From Alphaproteobacteria bacterium (GTDB lineage Bacteria; Pseudomonadota; Alphaproteobacteria; UBA828), in NCBI GenBank assembly GCA_963422645.2, contig CAXXVO010000017.1, positions 64,001 through 128,000 on the forward strand: a stretch of 64,000 bases of DNA, written 5' to 3'. A program made the position numbers and the translations under genes. The notes under the pieces were generated by a model that saw nothing but the letters and a program-made list of their open reading frames with translations, searched no databases and was not told the origin of the DNA. Positions 57,905 through 64,000 of the stretch are shown here, in pieces. Position 1 is the stretch's first letter. Every line of letters begins with the position of its first letter.

Positions 57905-58285
57905 ATGGCGGCCAGCGCCGACCTGGCCCAAGAGGTGATCGAGCGGCTGCGTTTCGGCGATGCCGGCCTCATTCCCGCGATCGCGCAGTCGCACGAGAGC
58001 CGCGCGGTCTTGATGCTCGCCTGGATGAACGCCGATGCGGTGCGTGAAACGCTGGAGACGGGCCGCGTCTGCTACTGGTCGCGCTCGCGCCAGAAGCTGT
58101 GGCGCAAGGGCGAAAGCTCGGGCCATACGCAGCGGCTGGTCGAGCTGCGTTTCGACTGCGACAGCGACGCCCTGCTTCTGTTGGTCGAGCAGACCGGCCC
58201 CGCCTGCCACACCAACCGCCCGGTCTGCTTTTACAACGCCGTGCAGGGCGACGAGATTCGCGTGATCGCCGAGCCCGTCGAGTAG
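57905..58285 (+). CDS. hisI: Phosphoribosyl-AMP cyclohydrolase
   Basis: 'SRSRQKLWRKGESSG', 'DCDSD', 'ACHT...CF'. Confidence 0.95.
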   Translation: MAASADLAQEVIERLRFGDAGLIPAIAQSHESRAVLMLAWMNADAVRETLETGRVCYWSRSRQKLWRKGESSGHTQRLVELRFDCDSDALLLLVEQTGPACHTNRPVCFYNAVQGDEIRVIAEPVE

Positions 58286-58286
58286 C

Positions 58287-59420
58287 TCAGAGCAGGCGGC
58301 CGGGGCCGAGCTGCGCGGCGGTGATGCCGCGCGTCGCGGCCGCTTCCGGCAGGGGATCGCCTGCGGCAAGTGCCGCCGTTATGGCGCCGAGCGCCGGCGC
58401 GGTCATGATGCCGGCGCCGCCCTGGCCCGCCAGCCAGAAGAAGCCCTCGGCGGCAAGGTCGAAGCCCGCCACCGGCATGCGGTCCGCGACAAAGCTCCTG
58501 AGGCCCGCCCACTTGTTGCGGATGTGGCGGATTTCCAGCGTCGTCGCCTGCATGATGCGATCTGCGCCGAAGGCGATGTCGAGCTCTTCCGCGTAGGCGT
58601 CGCAGGGGTCCGTCGGCGTCTCGTCGGCGGGCGAGCCCAGAACCCGGCCGGCGTCGGGCTTGAGATAGAAGGCGTCGTCGATGTCGTGGATCATCGGCCA
58701 ATCGCCCACGTTGTCGTCCGCCGGCCCGTCGAAGATGAAGGCCGTCCGGCGTTTCGGCTGAAGGCCGATCGGCGCGATACCGGCGCGCGCGGCGACAACG
58801 TCGCACCAGGCGCCGGCAGCGTTCACCACGACCGGCGCGGCGAAGGCGCCCGCCGGCGTCTCCGCGTGCCAGAGGTCGCCGGTGCGCGCGAGCGCGGTCA
58901 CCTCCGCCTCCGTCATCAGCGTGCCGCCGCGGGCGCGCAAGCCCCGAAGGTAGCCCTGGTGCAGGGCGGCCACGTCGATCTCCTCCGACACCGGTTCCAG
59001 GACCGCGCCGGCGACATAGTCCTCGCGCAGCGGCACCGGCTGGCTGAGGGTCTCCGCGGCATCGAGGCGCACCAGAGTCGGCACGAGGGAGCGGCACTCC
59101 TCGTAGAATCGGTCCAGCGCGTCGAGCTGATCGGTGCGGCCGATATAGAGCACCTGGTGCGGGCTGAGCAGCGGCATGTCTGCAAAGCCCGACGGCGGGT
59201 TGGCCAGGAAGGCCCGGCCTGCGGTGGCCAGCCCCCGCGTCAGCGGGCCGCCGTAGGTCTCCATGTACATGGCGGCGGAGCGCCCGGTGGAGTGATAGCC
59301 GGCCGTGTCCTCCTGCTCGAGAACAACGACGCGACCCCGCTCGGCAAGCCAATACGCCGCCGAGGCCCCCGCCATGCCGGCGCCGACCACCAGAAAGTCA
59401 CATCGTTCCATCGCGCCCAT
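58287..59420 (-). CDS. FAD-dependent oxidoreductase (DAO/DadA family)
   Basis: 'VVGAGMAG', 'HSTGRSAA', 'WAGLR', 'GQGGAGI'. Confidence 0.9.
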   Translation of the reverse strand: MGAMERCDFLVVGAGMAGASAAYWLAERGRVVVLEQEDTAGYHSTGRSAAMYMETYGGPLTRGLATAGRAFLANPPSGFADMPLLSPHQVLYIGRTDQLDALDRFYEECRSLVPTLVRLDAAETLSQPVPLREDYVAGAVLEPVSEEIDVAALHQGYLRGLRARGGTLMTEAEVTALARTGDLWHAETPAGAFAAPVVVNAAGAWCDVVAARAGIAPIGLQPKRRTAFIFDGPADDNVGDWPMIHDIDDAFYLKPDAGRVLGSPADETPTDPCDAYAEELDIAFGADRIMQATTLEIRHIRNKWAGLRSFVADRMPVAGFDLAAEGFFWLAGQGGAGIMTAPALGAITAALAAGDPLPEAAATRGITAAQLGPGRLL

Positions 59421-59543
59421 TCTATGCAGCGCGCCCTGCAGCCGAAATGGCCCATCACCACGTTTGCGGGTAGGGCATCGCCGCTCTCGGCAAGCCGCGT
59501 CGGGCTCGCTAATCTGGCGCCTGTTCAGCAGTGGGAGCGGATC

Positions 59544-60359
59544 ATGGAGATATCGTGCAAGGGCCGGCGTGCGGTGGTCACCGCCGGCGGCTCCGGCATC
59601 GGGCGCGTTATTGCGGAGACGCTGGCGGCCAACGGCGCCGCGGTCTTCACTTGCGACGTCCAGCCCGGCCTGGTCGAGGACGTGCAGGGCGGCGGGATCG
59701 GTGCGGTCGTGGCCGATGTCGGCGACCCGGCCCAGGTCGACCGGCTGTTCGAGGCTGCGGCGGACGCCATGGGCGGTGTCGACGTCCTGGTCAACAATGC
59801 AGGAATCGCCGGCCCCACGGCGCGGGTGGAGCAGATCGAGCCCGCCGACTGGGACCGCACGATCGCGGTCAACATCTCCGGCCAGTTCTATTGCGCCCGC
59901 CGCGCAGTCCCGCTGATGCGCGAGGCCGGCCGCGGCGCCATCGTGAATATCTCGTCCACCGCCGGCCGCCTCGGCTTCCCGCTCAGGCTCCCCTACGCCA
60001 CCTCCAAGTTCGCGATCACCGGCCTGACCAAGACGCTGGCGATCGAGCTCGGCCCCGCCAACATCAGCGTCAACGCCATCCTGCCGGGCTACATCCTCAA
60101 CGAGCGGGGCAGACGCGTGGTCCGTGCCAAGGCCGAGGCCGCGGGCCGCACGGTGGCAGAGACGGAGGCCGCGATCCTCGGCAACATCGCCATGCGCACC
60201 GGCATCGCCGAGCAGGAAATCGCGGACCTCGCGCTCTACCTCTGCTCCGACTCCGGCCGCCACATCTCGGGCCAGCTGCTCGGCGTCGACGGCGCCTTCG
60301 ACACTTACATGGGCATGGACAACCTCGACGACCCGGCGCCCGGCGCAGGCGACGCGTGA
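59544..60359 (+). CDS. Short-chain dehydrogenase/reductase
   Basis: 'TAGGSGIG', 'NNAG', 'YATSK'. Confidence 0.92.
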   Translation: MEISCKGRRAVVTAGGSGIGRVIAETLAANGAAVFTCDVQPGLVEDVQGGGIGAVVADVGDPAQVDRLFEAAADAMGGVDVLVNNAGIAGPTARVEQIEPADWDRTIAVNISGQFYCARRAVPLMREAGRGAIVNISSTAGRLGFPLRLPYATSKFAITGLTKTLAIELGPANISVNAILPGYILNERGRRVVRAKAEAAGRTVAETEAAILGNIAMRTGIAEQEIADLALYLCSDSGRHISGQLLGVDGAFDTYMGMDNLDDPAPGAGDA

Positions 60360-61099
60360 TCGTCCTCTTCACCGATTTCGGGCCGGGCGGGCCCTACACG
60401 GGCCAGATGAAGGCCGCACTCGCGCGCGAGGCGCCGGGCATTCCCGTGATCGATCTCGCGGATGATCTGCCGGCCTGCAATCCGGAGCCTGCGGCCTATC
60501 TGCTCGCGGCCGTCGCGCCCGCGTTTCCGCCGGGTGCGGTCTTCGTCTGCGTGGTCGATCCGGGCGTCGGCAGCGACCGGGCGCCGGTCGCGCTCAGCGC
60601 CGATGCGCGCTGGTACGTGGGCCCCGACAACGGGCTGCTCGCCATCGCCGCACGCCGTGCAGACGATGCGCGCTGGTTTACCATCGACTGGCGGCCGGCA
60701 GCCCTCTCCGCCTCCTTTCACGGCCGCGATCTCTTCGCGCCGGTGGCGGCGCGGATCGCCCGCGGTGAGGATGTGCCGGGCACGCCGCTCGACGGCGCGG
60801 CTACGGTCGGCGCCGACTGGCCTGCCGACCGCGCCGCGATCGTCTATATCGACCCTTACGGCAACGCGATGACGGGGCTGCGCGCGGCCCATCTGCCGAC
60901 CGACACAACGATTGTTGCAGGCGCCCGGTGCTTCGCGCGGCTGCGCACGTTCTCCGATGCGGAGCCGGGCGCCGCCTTCTGGTACGAGAACGCGAACGGC
61001 TTGGCCGAAATCGCGGTAAACCGGGGCCGGGCGGACCGCGTGCTGGGGCTTCAAGTGGGAACGCCCGTCCGCATCGAGACGGCAGGTGGTGACGTATGA
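60356..61099 (+). CDS. DUF62 SAM hydroxide adenosyltransferase (halogenase superfamily)
   Basis: 'FTDFG', 'VVDPGVG', 'GPDNG', 'SFHGRDLFAP', 'IDPYGN'. Confidence 0.9.
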   Translation: MIVLFTDFGPGGPYTGQMKAALAREAPGIPVIDLADDLPACNPEPAAYLLAAVAPAFPPGAVFVCVVDPGVGSDRAPVALSADARWYVGPDNGLLAIAARRADDARWFTIDWRPAALSASFHGRDLFAPVAARIARGEDVPGTPLDGAATVGADWPADRAAIVYIDPYGNAMTGLRAAHLPTDTTIVAGARCFARLRTFSDAEPGAAFWYENANGLAEIAVNRGRADRVLGLQVGTPVRIETAGGDV

Positions 61100-61824
61100 T
61101 GGGCTGGCGACCGAACGGGGACCAGATTCGAGCCGGCAAGCTCGCCGGTGCCGACCTCACGCGCTTCGACCTGCAAGGCTTTCACTTTCGCCAGGCCGAT
61201 CTGCGCGGGGCGAGCTTTGCCGGCAGCATCCTTCGCGAGGTCGACCTGTGGGGTGCGGACCTTACAGACGCCGACCTCACGGGGGCGAACCTTCGGCTCG
61301 CGACCTTCAAAGGCGCAACCCTGATCGGCGCACGGCTCGCGGGCGCCGATCTCTGGAGCGCCGATCTCAGGGTCGCCGACCTCGGCCGCGCTGTGCTTTC
61401 CGAGTGCAACCTGGCTCAGGCCGAGCTCGCCGGCGCCAAGTGCCAGGCTGCCGACTTCAGCGGCGCCGAGCTCTACTGCGCCGACCTTCGTCTCGCCGAT
61501 CTGGAGGACGCCAATCTCGGCCGTGCCGACGGGCGCCTCGCCAAGCTGGAGGAAGCGGTGTTGATTGGCGCCAACCTGCGCGAGGCGAATTTTTCCGGGG
61601 CGAGCTTCAAGCGCGCGCGCCTAGCCACGGCCGACCTGGGCGGGGCCAACCTGCGCGAGGCGAATTTTCGCGAGGCCGACCTGATACGCGCCGACTTTCG
61701 CGGGGCCGAGGTGGCGGACGCCTTCTTCGGCCAGGCCAATCTCGACGGCACCGTAATGCCGGACGGCACCATCGAATCGGCGAGCCTCCGCCACTGGGCG
61801 CCGCGTGACGAAAGCGAGGAATAA
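61096..61824 (+). CDS. Pentapeptide-repeat protein
   Basis: Continuous A(D/N)Lxx repeats. Confidence 0.92.
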   Translation: MMGWRPNGDQIRAGKLAGADLTRFDLQGFHFRQADLRGASFAGSILREVDLWGADLTDADLTGANLRLATFKGATLIGARLAGADLWSADLRVADLGRAVLSECNLAQAELAGAKCQAADFSGAELYCADLRLADLEDANLGRADGRLAKLEEAVLIGANLREANFSGASFKRARLATADLGGANLREANFREADLIRADFRGAEVADAFFGQANLDGTVMPDGTIESASLRHWAPRDESEE

Positions 61825-61836
61825 TAGGGGCTAGGC

Positions 61837-62475
61837 GTGTGCGCGTGGGAGGACAGTCATGGTCTGCGTGCGGACCCCGAAGCGATGGCCGCCGCTCTTG
61901 AGCGCGTCGCGCGCCAGGACGCCGCCGTGGTGCCGCTGCTCACGCAGGCGCAATGCCAAGAGCTCATCGACGCGGGCGCGGACCTCTCGTTCCGCTCCGC
62001 CAAGCCCGTCATCGGCGAGGGCGAGCGCGCGGTCTATCAGGATTTCGATATCTGCCTCTCGATCCCGCAGGCGCATCGGCTCTGGCAACTAACCCAGGCC
62101 GTCGAGGGGCTCATCGCTGCCGCGCTCGGCACCATGACCGAACCGCCGCTGGAGACGCTGCCGCTGAACGACCTGGTGCTGCAACGCTACCCGCCCGGTG
62201 CGCGCGGCATCACGCCGCATCGGGACCACGTGCGCTATGTCGGCCTGGTGGTAATCGTTCAGATGAGCGGAGACGGACGCTTCGGCCTCTGCGCCGACCG
62301 CAGCGGCACCGGCGCCCGCGTGCTCGACGCGGGACCGGGCGATGGAATCCTGATGCGTGCGCCCGGCTTCGGCGGCAGCAAGCACCGGCCCTTTCACTTC
62401 CTCGACGGGATCACGGCCGAGCGCTACAGCCTCGGCATCCGCAGCGACAAGACGACGGAACCAGAGGCCGGTTGA
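61837..62475 (+). CDS. Probable 2OG-Fe(II) oxygenase
   Basis: 'RYPPG..GITPHRD' (HxD), a distal His, and 'RYSL..R'. Confidence 0.7.
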   Translation: MCAWEDSHGLRADPEAMAAALERVARQDAAVVPLLTQAQCQELIDAGADLSFRSAKPVIGEGERAVYQDFDICLSIPQAHRLWQLTQAVEGLIAAALGTMTEPPLETLPLNDLVLQRYPPGARGITPHRDHVRYVGLVVIVQMSGDGRFGLCADRSGTGARVLDAGPGDGILMRAPGFGGSKHRPFHFLDGITAERYSLGIRSDKTTEPEAG

Positions 62476-62544
62476 ATACCCTCCGCCCGGCGGGCGGCAG
62501 GCGTGCCCGTGCTATAGTGAACGACTCGTCCCGCACCGTGGTCC

Positions 62545-64000
62545 ATGAGCGAACCATTCGATCCCGCGCCCGATCTGCCCGCCGCGCCTGACACGCCGCC
62601 GGCTAGTCCACCGGCGACTGCGTCGAGCTACCTCGACGACCTGAACCCGGAGCAGCGCCAGGCGGCGGAAGCGCTCGACGGCCCGCTGCTGGTGCTCGCG
62701 GGCGCCGGCACCGGCAAGACCCGGGTGCTGACCACGCGGCTCGCCCATATCCTCGCCACCGGCCGCGCCCGGCCGGGGCAGGTGCTCGCGGTCACCTTCA
62801 CCAACAAGGCGGCGCGCGAGATGATCGACCGGGTGGAGCGCCTGATGGGCCGCTCCGCCGCCGGCCTCTGGCTCGGCACCTTCCACGCCATCGCAGCGCG
62901 CATCCTGCGCCGCCATGCCGAGCTCGCCGGGCTCAAGCCGGACTTCACCATCCTCGATACCGACGACCAGATCCGCCTGCTCCGACAGCTCATCCAGGCG
63001 GCGGATATTGACGAGAAGCGCTGGCCGGCACGCACCCTCTCGATCATCATCCAGCGCTGGAAAGACCGCGGGCTCACGGTCGACAAGGTGGCGGGCGCCG
63101 ACGGCGCCGACTATGCCAACGGGCGTGCGCCGACGCTCTACGCGGCCTATCAGGAGCGGCTGCGGACCGTGAACGCCGTCGATTTCGGCGATCTGCTGCT
63201 GCACAACCTGACCCTCTTCACGGGCCACAAGGACGTGCTCGCCGACTACCAGCGGCGCTTCCGCTATCTGCTGGTGGACGAGTATCAGGACACCAACGTC
63301 GCCCAGTATCTCTGGCTCCGGCTGCTGGCGCAGGCCCATCACAGCATCTGCTGCGTCGGCGACGACGATCAGTCGATCTACGGCTGGCGCGGTGCAGAGG
63401 TCGGCAACATCCTCCGCTTCGAGCAGGATTTCCCCGGCGCTCAGGTGGTCAGGCTGGAGCGCAACTACCGCTCCACCGGGCACATCCTCGCCGCCGCCTC
63501 GGGCCTGATCGCCCACAATGCGGGCCGGCTCGGCAAGACGCTCTGGACCGAGGGTGAGGACGGCGAGAAGGTCCGCATCACCGATACCTGGGACGGCGAC
63601 GAGGAGGCGCGTAAGGTCGGTGAGGCCATCGAGGCGCTGCAGCGCGGAGGCGAGAGCCTCGACGACATCGCCATCCTGGTCCGCGCCGGCTTCCAGACCC
63701 GCGCCTTCGAGGAACGCTTCCTCGCCATCGGCCTGCCATTCCGCGTGATCGGGGGCCTGCGCTTCTACGAACGTCAGGAAATCCGGGACGCCGTGGCCTA
63801 CATCCGCGCCGTCGTGCGCCCGGACGACGACCTCGCCTTCGAGCGAATCGTGAACCTGCCCAAGCGGGGACTTGGCGAAGCCTCGCTCCGCCCGGTCCAC
63901 GAGCTCGCGCGCGCGGCCGGCGTCTCGTTATATTGGGCGACGGAGCGGTTGATCGAGACCGACGAGCTGAAGCCTCGCGCCCGCACCGCGCTTGCCGGGC
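62545..64000 (+). CDS. uvrD: UvrD/PcrA helicase (runs off the window; absent from the ORF track)
   Basis: Translated by hand: 'LNPEQ', 'LAGAGTGKT', 'TFTNKAA', 'VDEYQDTN', 'GDDDQSIYGWRG', 'NYRST'. Confidence 0.95.
   Translation, partial: MSEPFDPAPDLPAAPDTPPASPPATASSYLDDLNPEQRQAAEALDGPLLVLAGAGTGKTRVLTTRLAHILATGRARPGQVLAVTFTNKAAREMIDRVERLMGRSAAGLWLGTFHAIAARILRRHAELAGLKPDFTILDTDDQIRLLRQLIQAADIDEKRWPARTLSIIIQRWKDRGLTVDKVAGADGADYANGRAPTLYAAYQERLRTVNAVDFGDLLLHNLTLFTGHKDVLADYQRRFRYLLVDEYQDTNVAQYLWLRLLAQAHHSICCVGDDDQSIYGWRGAEVGNILRFEQDFPGAQVVRLERNYRSTGHILAAASGLIAHNAGRLGKTLWTEGEDGEKVRITDTWDGDEEARKVGEAIEALQRGGESLDDIAILVRAGFQTRAFEERFLAIGLPFRVIGGLRFYERQEIRDAVAYIRAVVRPDDDLAFERIVNLPKRGLGEASLRPVHELARAAGVSLYWATERLIETDELKPRARTALAG

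Noticed and set aside
60356-61099. Fluorinase or chlorinase
   Set aside because: It carries the 'FHGRD' DUF62 hydrolase signature and has no halometabolite cluster around it.
61096-61824. Repetitive DNA resembling an array
   Set aside because: The periodicity comes from pentapeptide codons; there are no identical repeats with unique spacers. No CRISPR array, tRNA or rRNA was recognised in the window.

Overview
High-GC window whose gene set and order (ihfA-fabH-plsX-rpmF, glcDEF, zur-znuCB, boxCB) point to an Alphaproteobacterium. It has two parts. Bases 1-25.4 kb are a nested pile of mobile DNA: (a) the right end of a TG...CA-type element carrying an ExeA-like ATPase, an AAA_25 helicase and a Toprim protein; (b) an IS110 recombinase element inside the Toprim gene; (c) tandem tyrosine integrases split by a DUF4338-fused IS4; (d) an IS5 remnant, an IS21, single-gene IS66 copies, and two copies of an unclassified CAG...CTG IS. 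A divergent rpoD-like sigma factor, a cold-shock gene and two transporters are interleaved. Bases 25.5-64 kb are mostly core metabolism plus one more IS66 copy. Three observations stand out: (1) the IS66 3' non-coding region looks like a ~210-bp miniature IS110 (left end fused to right end, no recombinase); (2) a cluster of binding proteins and ABC permeases with eroded or deleted ATPase-coupling (EAA) loops and no ATPase sits upstream of a HAMP-PP2C phosphatase near a STAS protein, suggesting a transporter-derived sensor; (3) the IS110 5' leader holds candidate bridge-RNA guides matching its own target and donor. All calls come from reading the sequence by eye; no searches or folding were run.
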